From the IMG/VR virus record IMGVR_UViG_3300030085_002643: 64,000 bases of DNA; one strand, 5' to 3'. Source of the DNA: an uncultured virus (IMG/VR IMGVR_UViG_3300030085_002643). Taxonomy: Duplodnaviria; Heunggongvirae; Uroviricota; Caudoviricetes; Kyanoviridae. The notes under the pieces are model-generated. The model did not search any database, was not told the DNA's origin, and saw only the letters and a list, made by a program, of their open reading frames with translations. A program made the position numbers and the translations under genes. The stretch's first letter is position 1; the number at the start of each line of letters is the position of its first letter. This document shows, one piece after another, positions 1-9,837 of this stretch.

Positions 1-956
1 TTATAGTGTAAACTAAATTTTGGTGGACCAAGTGGTTTACCCTCAGAATTATTTTCAATTGATACGCCATCAAATTCCCCTGATTTGGGTCTCATTCTCA
101 TAAAAGCGAGTTCATATTGATCGGGAATACCGAAAAATCTATTTCCACTAAGTCCACCACCTGAGGTGTTTCCAAGGAAGTCTTTTAATGAATCAACTCC
201 CTTTCTACCATCTTTGTTTTCCTCACCGATAGTTTTACCTTGTTTGCCATATGCGGTCTTTGTGATATCACTCATCTCTTGATTAACACCTTCAACTTTA
301 GGATGAGCACCAATATTAATATATTTGATAATTTTTCGTATTTCCTCTGCTTCTTTCACATTTCTTGCCGCCATCTTAAAACTAAAGGAATGACTCCTAA
401 AATTCATTTGAGAAAAGATTTGCTCAATATAAGGATTGAAAACTCGTCCACTTCTCAATCCCTCTAAAGCATTGACAGTTAGATTTCCTTGTACACCAAA
501 GAAACCAGAAACTGCATTAGCACCCTGTGTGATTGCACCAGCAGCAAATTCTGGCAGAATAGCAGCTGCAGCATCTTGAATGGTGCCTGCTAATGATTCA
601 AAGTTAGTGCCACTGTTCAAAGCATTAATTGCTGCCATACCACCAACACCCAGATTAGTCTGATTATACTGCGGTTGATATGATGCATTGATACCTCCTG
701 CTAACGCAAGATAGCACATTGATTTATGATATGAAGTTTCCCCTTTATTTCTAGGAAAAGTGTTTCCACCGTAATATGACTTTCCATTATCAGTTTTGTA
801 GACAGTTTTCTTTCGACGAATTCGTAAGTAATCAATTCGTCCAGTTTCACTGTCTGCCGAGTCTCCATTAAAATCCGAGTCCATTACTGGTGGTTTCAGT
901 GGATACCTTAAGGTAGATCTACCGTAATCTTCGTTGTCTATGAATTTAGTTGCCAA
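1..956 (-). CDS. gp48: baseplate tail tube cap gp48-like (3' end runs off the window)
   Basis: Not in ORF track. Manual minus-strand translation from TTG at 956 includes GRVFNPYIEQIFSQMNFRSHSFSFKMAARNVKEAEEIRKII, typical of gp48; divergent from gp4. Confidence 0.8.
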   Translation of the reverse strand, partial: MATKFIDNEDYGRSTLRYPLKPPVMDSDFNGDSADSETGRIDYLRIRRKKTVYKTDNGKSYYGGNTFPRNKGETSYHKSMCYLALAGGINASYQPQYNQTNLGVGGMAAINALNSGTNFESLAGTIQDAAAAILPEFAAGAITQGANAVSGFFGVQGNLTVNALEGLRSGRVFNPYIEQIFSQMNFRSHSFSFKMAARNVKEAEEIRKIIKYINIGAHPKVEGVNQEMSDITKTAYGKQGKTIGEENKDGRKGVDSLKDFLGNTSGGGLSGNRFFGIPDQYELAFMRMRPKSGEFDGVSIENNSEGKPLGPPKFSLHY

Positions 957-965
957 GTTTCTACC

Positions 966-995
966 TAAATACTAACATGGTCTCTATGTATTTAT
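966..995. promoter_or_regulatory. overlapping divergent T4-type late promoters
   Basis: TAAATA at 966-971 (+, towards gp4) and ATAAATA on the minus strand at 989-995 (towards gp48). Confidence 0.6.
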
Positions 996-1413
996 GAGGT
1001 ATCAAGGGAAATATCGTCCAAGCTTCCCACGGAAGTATAAAGGTGACCCCAATAACGTTATTTATAGATCGTCTTGGGAATATAAATTCATGAAATGGTG
1101 CGATATAACTACAACGGTACAAGAGTGGGGTAGTGAGGAAATTATCATTCCTTACGTTTCTCCTGTTGACGGTAAACGGCATCGATATTTTCCAGACTTC
1201 TATGTGAAGATTGGAAACAAAAGATATCTGGTTGAAGTTAAACCACTGAAACAGACGAAAGAACCGAAAACTCAAAAAAGAATGACAAAACGATATATTA
1301 ATGAAGTTGTGACTTGGAGTGTAAACCAAGCAAAGTGGAAAGCAGCAACTGAGTTTTGTAAAGACAACAATTGGGAATTTATGCTAATCACCGAAAAGGA
1401 ACTTAAAGTATAA
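994..1413 (+). CDS. gp4: head completion nuclease gp4 (TnsA-like endonuclease fold)
   Basis: YRSSWE, HRYFPDF and EVKP motifs of T4 gp4. Confidence 0.92.
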   Translation: MRYQGKYRPSFPRKYKGDPNNVIYRSSWEYKFMKWCDITTTVQEWGSEEIIIPYVSPVDGKRHRYFPDFYVKIGNKRYLVEVKPLKQTKEPKTQKRMTKRYINEVVTWSVNQAKWKAATEFCKDNNWEFMLITEKELKV

Positions 1414-2195
1414 TGAACACACAAGAAGCTCAATATCCTTCATATCAGGATTTTTTAGCATTCTCTAGAAGGGAGGATAATCATCCGAGTTTTACTAACT
1501 TATTCTCGGTTCATTTTTCTGCACCTAGGTTGCTGCAAAACAATCTGGGACCTACCGTTGGTGGTAGTTCCTCTAAAAGACTGGATCCTGCTTCTGAAGA
1601 TCTTAGATCAACTCTGAATTATTATGCTAACTCGGTAAACCTTCCGAGTAAACAGATGACTACTGGTTCTTTCTTAAGTGTAGGATCAGCAATCAAATAT
1701 GCAACTGGAGTGGCATATAGTCAGATGAATATTTCATTCATCATCCCGAAGTCACAGTATACTAGAGCATTCTTTGAGGAGTGGACCACCAGAGTTTCTT
1801 CTGACGCCAATCAATATTGCGAGTTTTATGATGATTATGTCTGCCCATCATTAAGAGTGTACAAGTGGGAAAGAGGTAAGGGTGACGGTGTGTATACCGA
1901 TCCTAAGATGATTAGGGCACTTAGACAGTCTGGTGATCCTTTCTTGATTGCTAAAAAGTATAGAATCACCGCAGTCTGGGAGATGAGAAATATATTCCCA
2001 TTTAACATTGGATCTATTCAATTGAACAATGATTCATCTAGAGCGATGACACTGACAGTTGGATTCATGTATGAGCGTTACCGTCTCTTGGTAAATGATG
2101 AATTTACTGATCCTGGTAGATATATTATAAGAGGCGAGGGTGGATTTACTGATGACATCCCGCAACCACCTAGATATAACAGCACCCTCTTCTAG
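1413..2195 (+). CDS. tail tube-fold protein, probably baseplate tail tube initiator (gp54-like)
   Basis: SVNLPS..., FFEEW and 'FPFNIGSIQLN...LTVGFMYE' pattern of the gp19/gp54 fold; position between gp4 and gp26. Confidence 0.6.
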   Translation: MNTQEAQYPSYQDFLAFSRREDNHPSFTNLFSVHFSAPRLLQNNLGPTVGGSSSKRLDPASEDLRSTLNYYANSVNLPSKQMTTGSFLSVGSAIKYATGVAYSQMNISFIIPKSQYTRAFFEEWTTRVSSDANQYCEFYDDYVCPSLRVYKWERGKGDGVYTDPKMIRALRQSGDPFLIAKKYRITAVWEMRNIFPFNIGSIQLNNDSSRAMTLTVGFMYERYRLLVNDEFTDPGRYIIRGEGGFTDDIPQPPRYNSTLF

Positions 2196-2227
2196 GCACC
2201 TAAATAAAATTACTGAATTGAATTTCT

Positions 2228-2938
2228 ATGGCATTACCTAAATTAAATGTACCTAAGTACAAAATGAAATTGCCGTCTGACGGCAGAGTGGTGAATTTTA
2301 GACCATTCCTTGTTAAAGAAGAAAAACTTCTCTTGATCGCAACTCAAAGTGGTGAACAAGATGAACTGATTACTGCAATTAAAGATATTATTGGTGCTTG
2401 CACTGATCTTCAAGACATTGAGAATCTTGCAACATTTGATATTGAATATGTTTTCCTCCAGATTAGAACTAAATCTGTTGGTGAGACTGTAACAGTTGCT
2501 TTGACATGTCCTGATGATAATGAAACCGTAGTGGAAGCTAAAATTCCACTTGATGAAATTAAAGTTCAGAAGACACGAGGTCATAAGACAGATCTTAAGA
2601 TTTCGGATGAAGTTACAATTACCATGGGATATCCCAAACTTGATTCTTTCGTTGGTATGAACTTTGTTGGTGAAGATGCTGGTGCTGATCAAGTATTTGA
2701 TATGGCAGCAGGTTGTATCAAAACAATTTCAGATCCAGAGCAAGTTTATGATTGTAGTGATGTACCTCAAAAGGAGATTTTAGAATTCTTTGATTCTATG
2801 GATAGTAAACAGTTCCAGATGATTCAAACATTTTTTGAAACTATGCCGAAACTGACTCATACAGTTAAGGTTAAGAATCCAAACACGGGTGTTGAGAGTG
2901 ACGTAGTTCTAGAGGGATTGGCAAGTTTTTTCGGCTAG
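2228..2938 (+). CDS. gp26: baseplate hub subunit/chaperone gp26
   Basis: MALPK...FRPFLVKEEKLLL, DIEYVFLQIRTKSVGE, FFETMPKL...LEGLASFF; late promoter TAAATA at 2201-2206. Confidence 0.93.
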   Translation: MALPKLNVPKYKMKLPSDGRVVNFRPFLVKEEKLLLIATQSGEQDELITAIKDIIGACTDLQDIENLATFDIEYVFLQIRTKSVGETVTVALTCPDDNETVVEAKIPLDEIKVQKTRGHKTDLKISDEVTITMGYPKLDSFVGMNFVGEDAGADQVFDMAAGCIKTISDPEQVYDCSDVPQKEILEFFDSMDSKQFQMIQTFFETMPKLTHTVKVKNPNTGVESDVVLEGLASFFG

Positions 2939-2943
2939 CCCTC

Positions 2944-3126
2944 ATGCACACGGACTTGAAGTCATACTATGAAAGTAATTTTGCTTTGATACACCATCAT
3001 AAGTGGAATGTTGAATACATCGATAACCTAATGCCATGGGAAAAGGAGATTTACTTTAATCTTCTGATCAACTTCCTAAAAGAAGAAGAAAAACGTATGA
3101 AGGAGCAAAAAGCACAAGGTGGCTAA
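2944..3126 (+). CDS. gp51: baseplate hub assembly catalyst gp51
   Basis: YYESNFALIHHHKW...IDNLMPWEKEIY motif; follows gp26. Confidence 0.88.
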   Translation: MHTDLKSYYESNFALIHHHKWNVEYIDNLMPWEKEIYFNLLINFLKEEEKRMKEQKAQGG

Positions 3127-5545
3127 AATACAAGTCTATAAGTTTGTAAATCCTGGAGTTGCTGGTATAAAGACTCCAGCGGTTGTTGCTGCCAGACAGA
3201 CTGTACTTGCTCAAAACAGATTAGGAAAGACCGTAGAAGGTATTGGTAATACACTTCTCGATGTAGACAAGATTACCAAATTACGTTTAAATCTTGAGAA
3301 AAAGCAGGAGATTGCTGAGCGTAGGGCGAAACAAAGAAAATTAGACGATACTTCTGAACAGGTTTCTGAAAAGGGACTAAAGAATTATTTTAAAGACACA
3401 AAGAAGAAAACTAAAAGATTCAAACCCAACAACAAACTCAAAAGGATGTTTGGTGGTATGTTTGGGTGGGTTGGTGCAGCGTTAGCACCCTTTGTAGCAC
3501 TAGCAACGAAGATTTTTGCCCTTCAGTTAATGAAGGAGTTTTTGACATGGACAGGTAATCCAGAAAATCTTGAAAAATTAGAAGTCTTCTTAATGAAGAC
3601 AGATTTTGTCTTCAGGAAGATATATGGATTTGGTAAGTTTCTTATCAAAGACAATATTGTAGATGGTATAAATCAATTATTTGGTAAAGATGAGTCTCTA
3701 CTCGGAAGAGTGGAGGGTCTTGGTAAGTTAATGGTTGGTATTATCGGGTTGAAGTACCTGATGAATCCATTCAGTCTTATCACTGATATCCTCACCATGG
3801 CCAACATCATATCTGGTGGGGGCAAAGGTCCAGCGACGAAACCGCCACCAAATAAACCTGGTGTTGGTAGACCAAAGATTACCACGAGTGGTGGTAAACC
3901 TGTTACCAAAAATCCATTCACTAAATTAGGGGATAAACTTAGACGACTTAATCCATTTAAATCAAAACCAACTGTTACCACTAGTGGTTCAACATCTACT
4001 GGTATTTTTAAACCTAAACCTAAGATTACAGGTAATGTTGTAAAACCAAATGTTTTTACTAACATTAAGAATACCTTTGCAAATATAAAGGTTCCTAAAA
4101 AGTTACCATCATTAAGAGGATTTAAAGTATCGCCAGGTATGGTCAGTAGTGTCAAGACTTTAGGTCTTGGTTGGTTGGCAGATACCTTGATTAATAAAGG
4201 TTTTGATGCTCTTGCACAAGCACAAATTAATAATGAGGTAAAGAAATTCTTAGCAGCTACTCCTGAGAAACAAGCAGGAGCAATTAAACATTATGAAGGT
4301 TTAATAGAAAAATACGAAAAGAGATCTGACTCGTGGTTTAATAAAATTACCACAGTAGGTGGACTTCTTGGTGAGTCTAGTGATGCAAATCTGCTGCGTA
4401 GATTTACTGCTACATTAGCAGCTCTGAAAGAGGCACAGCGTCGTCAGGCGTCAGGTGAGTTAACTGAAGGTGAAGATCTTGGAACGATCGACCAAAAATA
4501 CATCGACATGGTTGATCTGTATTCAAAAGGTGGTAAATTACCTCAGTTCTTCTTAGGTGGTTTATTCAAAGGTATTGGTAAGGCAGTTAGTGGTGTTTTC
4601 AATGGTGTAAAAAATGTTGTAGGTGGTGTATGGAACGCTGTTTCTTCAGTTGCTTCTAATCCGATTGTATCTACAATCGCATCTTTCATTCCTGGCGCTA
4701 ATATTATCGTACCTGCTATCAATGCTGTCAATGCATTGAGAAGTGGTAATTTCATGGGCGCTGTCATGAGCGGTCTTGGTGCCGTTGGTAGTTTTGCCAG
4801 CATCAATAGCGTTAACATGATCAACCAACCAAGTTGGTTGCAAAATTTACGTTTCAGTAAGTTTGGTCAAGGTGTTGCTAAAATGTATCATAGTGGATTG
4901 AATGCATACACCAAACTTGCTGGTGGTGTAAGTAATCTGTTTGATAAAGTTCAGGGCAGTACAATTGGTAAGATTGGTATGCAACTGTTAGGTGGTAACA
5001 CTGGTGGTGCTATTGGAACAGTAGTTGGTATGATGCCAGGCGTTGGAAGTGGTATTGAAAATTTTGGTAAGTTCTTGGAAGAGAATAAATTATCTGGTAT
5101 TTTAAGTGCTGTGCCTGGTGTTGCAGGTATGGCAAGTAAGATTCCAAATATCTTAGCAATACCTGGTATGGAATCTATATTAGGTAAACCAGGTGAAGGA
5201 TTTAGTGCATTGGGTGCTATTGGTAATATGGCAGATAAGGTAGGCATGAAAGGTGTCTATCAAGCAATTCTTAGTGGTGCTCAGACAGGTAATTATATTG
5301 AAGGGTTGCCTCAACTTGCTTCTGAACTAGGTGTTGATCCTAGAATTTTGGGTGTTTTAGATAAAGGTAAACAACTTCTGTCAAATAACAAATTTAATGC
5401 CGAGTATGCGATGCAGACTGCTATCGAGTTCTTACCAGTACCTTTAGTTGTAGAGAAGATCGTTGCTGCACCTACCCCTGTACCTATAAATAGCGGTGAT
5501 ACATATTTAGTTGCACCTTCTTCTACCAGTGGGGCTAAACGATAA
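3119..5545 (+). CDS. tape measure-like virion protein 1
   Basis: GTG start; long helical, Gly/Ala/Leu-rich amphipathic sequence immediately after gp26/gp51. Confidence 0.6.
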   Translation: MAKIQVYKFVNPGVAGIKTPAVVAARQTVLAQNRLGKTVEGIGNTLLDVDKITKLRLNLEKKQEIAERRAKQRKLDDTSEQVSEKGLKNYFKDTKKKTKRFKPNNKLKRMFGGMFGWVGAALAPFVALATKIFALQLMKEFLTWTGNPENLEKLEVFLMKTDFVFRKIYGFGKFLIKDNIVDGINQLFGKDESLLGRVEGLGKLMVGIIGLKYLMNPFSLITDILTMANIISGGGKGPATKPPPNKPGVGRPKITTSGGKPVTKNPFTKLGDKLRRLNPFKSKPTVTTSGSTSTGIFKPKPKITGNVVKPNVFTNIKNTFANIKVPKKLPSLRGFKVSPGMVSSVKTLGLGWLADTLINKGFDALAQAQINNEVKKFLAATPEKQAGAIKHYEGLIEKYEKRSDSWFNKITTVGGLLGESSDANLLRRFTATLAALKEAQRRQASGELTEGEDLGTIDQKYIDMVDLYSKGGKLPQFFLGGLFKGIGKAVSGVFNGVKNVVGGVWNAVSSVASNPIVSTIASFIPGANIIVPAINAVNALRSGNFMGAVMSGLGAVGSFASINSVNMINQPSWLQNLRFSKFGQGVAKMYHSGLNAYTKLAGGVSNLFDKVQGSTIGKIGMQLLGGNTGGAIGTVVGMMPGVGSGIENFGKFLEENKLSGILSAVPGVAGMASKIPNILAIPGMESILGKPGEGFSALGAIGNMADKVGMKGVYQAILSGAQTGNYIEGLPQLASELGVDPRILGVLDKGKQLLSNNKFNAEYAMQTAIEFLPVPLVVEKIVAAPTPVPINSGDTYLVAPSSTSGAKR
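5485..5492 (+). promoter_or_regulatory. canonical T4 late promoter TATAAATA
   Basis: Exact match inside the 3' end of the upstream gene, about 50 nt before the ATG at 5546. Confidence 0.6.
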
Positions 5546-8440
5546 ATGGCAACAGTTACGAAAGGCGCTAAAATTAATTTTTATAAGTTCGTAGATCCTG
5601 ATGGTGGTGCGGGCACTACTGCTGCTGCGAAGGGAGTTAGTAAAGAAAATAAAGCGTTAACTGCTTCCATTAAAGCAAATACTCAAGCAATCAATAATTT
5701 AGGAGCAACTGTCAACTCCATTGGTAAGGTTGCTGTGTCCATGAAAAATGCACAGCTTAAATTACTGAAGATTGATGAAGACAGACTGAGAAAGTCATCA
5801 TTCAAACCAAAGTTTACAAAAGCAAAACCCATCAAATCAAAAGCATTTGATAGTCTATTCTCAGGCAAAATAATGGGTTTCTGGGAAAGTCTGCTGAATT
5901 TAGCAGGTGCTCTGTTAAAGTATTTTTTAGTTCTTCCTGCTCTTAAATGGCTTTCTAAGGAAGAAAATCAAGATAAAGTTGTAAGTGGTCTCAAGATACT
6001 TGCTAAAGTATTCAAATTTATTGCTGATGTCGCAAAGTTTTCGTTTGTTAATACTGTTGAAGGTCTGTACGATCTTCTAAGAGATGATGCCAATTGGCAA
6101 GAAAGAATCGGTGGATTTGTTCAGGCGTTAGCAGGACTAGGAACAGGATTTTTAGCAATATCAATCTTAACGAATCCTGCTGGCACTATTAAACAATTTG
6201 CTAATGTGTTGACAATGTTCAACACTGGACTTAAAAAAGCAGCTCTTAAACTGCTGGCACATCCTCTAGTCATAGCTGCGGGAGGAGTTGCTCTTCTTAG
6301 TTATGCTGCATATGAACTAATTGGAAAAGATTTAGCAGAGGCAAGAGAAGAAGCTGATAACACAAAGAGAGAAGCCTTAAAACAAGCACCAAGCACAAAA
6401 GATTTAAAACCTGGTGAGATTGAAGCTATAATTGAAGGATCACGAATCCCTGATGTTGGTGGTTCTGGATCAACCAACAACTTAAACAACATGTTCACCG
6501 ATCCGTTAGGATTGAGAAATGATCCATTAGGCACTGGTTTTAATCCTAATGGCATGGGACTTGCTCGTGGAGGATATTTACAGGGGTATGCTAAAGGTGG
6601 ATGGATCAACGGTCCTCAGTCAGGGTATCCAGTAAACATTAGTGGTGGTAATAAACCTGATTTTATTGGTCATGGTACAGAGTATGTTGCTAGAAAGGCA
6701 GATGGTGGTGCATTTATTGTTCCATTCGACACACCTGCAACCAGAACTAATCCAAGTTTAACTGCTAGTAGAACCCTAGAAGCAAAGATGATGGGGTTCA
6801 AACTACCAGGATTTTCTGATGGTGGTGCGCTGGATAGTTTTGCAAAGAGAATGATTAAAGTCCATGAAGGACTGAGATTGAAGAAGTATTTGGACTCCAA
6901 TGACCATCCTACTATTGGATATGGTCACTTAGTTAGACCTACTGACAGATTCCCCGATACAATTAGTAAAGCATTTGCGGAACAGTTATTCGAGAAAGAT
7001 TACAAGCATCATAAAAGCGCAGCAAAGAACATACCTGGATATAGTTCATCTACTCCAATGCAAAAAGCGGCATTGATTGATCTCACCTTTAATATGGGTC
7101 CTCATTGGTATAAGGAATTTCCTAAGATGATGACAGCATATGGTAAAGGAGACTTTGAGACTGCTGGTAATGAGTTGATGGACAGTAATTACTTCAGGCA
7201 AGTTAAACGTCGTGGTCCTACCATTGTATCACTTATCAAGAATAAAGGTCTGGGTCCAGCAAGTCAATACTTGATAGACGCTGGCATCATACCTCCTGCC
7301 GCCAGCACTAAGAGTGGTACGTCGCAAAATATGAATCCATTACAAGCATTTGGATCATTTATTTCAAACACTTTATTTGGCGGTCCTGCATCAGCAGCAC
7401 CAAATGCTTCTGGTTCTGAACCAAATGATATGGGCAGAGATACTGCTAATAGACAAAATACCACTACAGGTTCATTTACTGTCATTCCAACTTCACACCA
7501 AGAGACTGGTGCTGGATGGGGAATTAGAGGCGTTACCGACAAATATGGTCGTCCTATAGTGTTATCTCAACCTGCTGCTATGGCGTTTGCTAAAATGATG
7601 CAAGTGTCTAAGGGACAAGTAAAGGGATCTGATATTGCAAGTTCAGGTAGAACTAGAAGGAAAAACACCTCAGTTGGTGGTGATCCTAACTCAGTTCACT
7701 TATATGGTGAAGGTCTTGATATCTCTGGTTCTTCGGAAAGATGGATGAAATCAAACGCCAGTAGATATGGTTGGAATTTTGGATATAACCATGGACCTGG
7801 TAGTGGTCACTATGACTATGAAGGTAAAGGTTCTAGAGTAACACCTATTTTAGCACCGCCTGGTGGAAAATCTTTTGTCTATGATAAAGCTGCTGTAACG
7901 GATGTTGGTGCTTCTGCAACTGCTAAAAAAACTGGTAGTGGTAATATTTTTACTAACTTACTTAAAGCAAGTCTTGCAGGTCAGGGTAAAAGTAATAGAG
8001 ATCCGAGTAGTCTCTTTAACGAATCTGCAATGGATACTGGATTTGGATCCTTATTTGATGTGGACTCTCCTTTGACCTCTGGTATTAATTATTCAAGTGC
8101 TTTCAAGAATCCTTTTAGTTCTACATCAGCTCAAAGAGCAGAGAGCATACAAGAACAAGCAAGGATTCGTAAAGTAACAGAACAAAGAAATCAAGCAAGA
8201 AGGGAAATCAATGCAAAGACTTCTGAGGTCGTGCAGATGGCGTTGGCGGCTGTTGAAGCGCAAAATGGTTCCAATAGGCAATTCATTCAAACGGCTGAAT
8301 CGGCAATTAGGAATCTTTTAGGTGCTCAAGCAGGCGGTGGTACATTTGCTAACGTAGGAGGAACAACGGGAACCGTTTTAAGGACTGCTGTTGCTGTCCT
8401 AAATTCTTTTAATAACCCTCTTAGAGGTATCTTCCAATGA
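5546..8440 (+). CDS. tape measure-like virion protein 2 with GH24 (T4-type) lysozyme and M15-type peptidase domains
   Basis: HEGLRLKKYLDSNDHPTIGYG matches the T4 lysozyme E-D-T triad; SVHLYGEGLD...GHYDY matches M15 Zn-peptidase motifs; N-terminus paralogous to the preceding gene. Confidence 0.8.
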   Translation: MATVTKGAKINFYKFVDPDGGAGTTAAAKGVSKENKALTASIKANTQAINNLGATVNSIGKVAVSMKNAQLKLLKIDEDRLRKSSFKPKFTKAKPIKSKAFDSLFSGKIMGFWESLLNLAGALLKYFLVLPALKWLSKEENQDKVVSGLKILAKVFKFIADVAKFSFVNTVEGLYDLLRDDANWQERIGGFVQALAGLGTGFLAISILTNPAGTIKQFANVLTMFNTGLKKAALKLLAHPLVIAAGGVALLSYAAYELIGKDLAEAREEADNTKREALKQAPSTKDLKPGEIEAIIEGSRIPDVGGSGSTNNLNNMFTDPLGLRNDPLGTGFNPNGMGLARGGYLQGYAKGGWINGPQSGYPVNISGGNKPDFIGHGTEYVARKADGGAFIVPFDTPATRTNPSLTASRTLEAKMMGFKLPGFSDGGALDSFAKRMIKVHEGLRLKKYLDSNDHPTIGYGHLVRPTDRFPDTISKAFAEQLFEKDYKHHKSAAKNIPGYSSSTPMQKAALIDLTFNMGPHWYKEFPKMMTAYGKGDFETAGNELMDSNYFRQVKRRGPTIVSLIKNKGLGPASQYLIDAGIIPPAASTKSGTSQNMNPLQAFGSFISNTLFGGPASAAPNASGSEPNDMGRDTANRQNTTTGSFTVIPTSHQETGAGWGIRGVTDKYGRPIVLSQPAAMAFAKMMQVSKGQVKGSDIASSGRTRRKNTSVGGDPNSVHLYGEGLDISGSSERWMKSNASRYGWNFGYNHGPGSGHYDYEGKGSRVTPILAPPGGKSFVYDKAAVTDVGASATAKKTGSGNIFTNLLKASLAGQGKSNRDPSSLFNESAMDTGFGSLFDVDSPLTSGINYSSAFKNPFSSTSAQRAESIQEQARIRKVTEQRNQARREINAKTSEVVQMALAAVEAQNGSNRQFIQTAESAIRNLLGAQAGGGTFANVGGTTGTVLRTAVAVLNSFNNPLRGIFQ

Positions 8441-9837
8441 GTCAGAACAGGGTAGGTTCTCTAGAGCGGGAACAAGCAGGACAGATTGAGATTGCACTTT
8501 CCATTCAGAAAGATGGAAAGCGCGTAGAAACTGTTGATGGGCAATATAACTTAATTGAATTTCTAAGAGGATTTGAAGTTTATGAAAGTATTTCAAATCC
8601 CTGCATGGAGTGTCGTCTTGTCTTGGAAGACTCGGCAGGTATTCTAGGCACTCTGACAGGATCAGAGGAATTTGTTCTTAATATTAGAAGTTCTATTAAA
8701 GATAGAACATATTATTTTAGAGCATATCAGATTCAAGCTAGAGTTAGAACAAGACAAACTAACGAAACATATCTTGTCAACTGTGTTTCTAGTGAGTTTA
8801 TCATTAATGAAACGACAAACGTTTTTGGTAATTCAGAAGTTATCTTTGATAAAAAGAATGATGCTTCCGAAATTGTTAAACAACTTTTAGGCAAAAGGTT
8901 TATCAACACTAAGAAAAAATTATTTTCTGAGGCAACAATTAATAAACAAAATTTTGTTTCTCCTAACTGGAGAGCATTCGATTTAATCTATTGGTTATGT
9001 CAGAGAAGTATTCGCAAATCTAGTAAAAAAGGTACGTTGCAGAATGGATTTGCATTTTTTGAAAATGCACTTGGGTTTAATTATAAGTCATTAGATTCTT
9101 TAATTGAACAAGTAGTAGATCAAGACGAAACCGAGACTAATAATACATCAGGAAAACTAAGATTATACACTTACAATTATACACCCAAGAGAATGGGTAA
9201 TCAAGAATCCGATCAATTTAATATTGACCGTATTGCATTTCCTGAAGAGAAAAACTTCTTGATGGGACTAAGACATGGTGCTTGGTCTGGATTTAGTGTT
9301 GGTTTTGATCCTACGTTTATCACTAGATCTAGAATGGGATTGAGCACAGACTTATCTGCTGATGCTTATCGATATACAATGTCTGACATTTGGAAAAGAA
9401 TGTCTCATTTGAATGGTGGTAACTCAGTCAATCCTCAGAAAAAGATGGATTCAACTGCTCAAAGTTATGTCAACTTTCCAAAGAGAGTTAGATATACTAT
9501 GCTCCCTAACCAAATTTTTGATCCTAAGTTCAAAAATAATCCGCAAAGAAACTATGAGCAATTAGTTGAATTGCAGGCATATCAGTGGATGCGTATGGAG
9601 TCTTTGAAGCAATGTCAGATGACAATTGTTGTGCCTGGTAATTTAGATCTGTACGCTGGCGGCGGGGTGGAAATCAATATACCGACAACTTATAAGGATG
9701 GTGATACACCGAAGAGAGATGCTAAGTATAGCGGGCGGTGGTTGATTGCTGCTGTAGCACATAAAGCAGTTGGTCTAAACTTTCAAACAGAACTTGCTTT
9801 GATGAAGGACTCTGATATTAAAAATAATCATAGTTGA
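8437..9837 (+). CDS. baseplate hub protein, gp27/late-control-D-like
   Basis: YESI...LVLEDSAG N-terminus, FFEN..GFNYKSL, C-terminal VPGNLDL..G...YSGRWLI..V.H. Confidence 0.65.
   Translation: MSQNRVGSLEREQAGQIEIALSIQKDGKRVETVDGQYNLIEFLRGFEVYESISNPCMECRLVLEDSAGILGTLTGSEEFVLNIRSSIKDRTYYFRAYQIQARVRTRQTNETYLVNCVSSEFIINETTNVFGNSEVIFDKKNDASEIVKQLLGKRFINTKKKLFSEATINKQNFVSPNWRAFDLIYWLCQRSIRKSSKKGTLQNGFAFFENALGFNYKSLDSLIEQVVDQDETETNNTSGKLRLYTYNYTPKRMGNQESDQFNIDRIAFPEEKNFLMGLRHGAWSGFSVGFDPTFITRSRMGLSTDLSADAYRYTMSDIWKRMSHLNGGNSVNPQKKMDSTAQSYVNFPKRVRYTMLPNQIFDPKFKNNPQRNYEQLVELQAYQWMRMESLKQCQMTIVVPGNLDLYAGGGVEINIPTTYKDGDTPKRDAKYSGRWLIAAVAHKAVGLNFQTELALMKDSDIKNNHS

Noticed and set aside
240..467. 75-aa plus-strand ORF
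   Set aside because: Antisense to the gp48-like gene.
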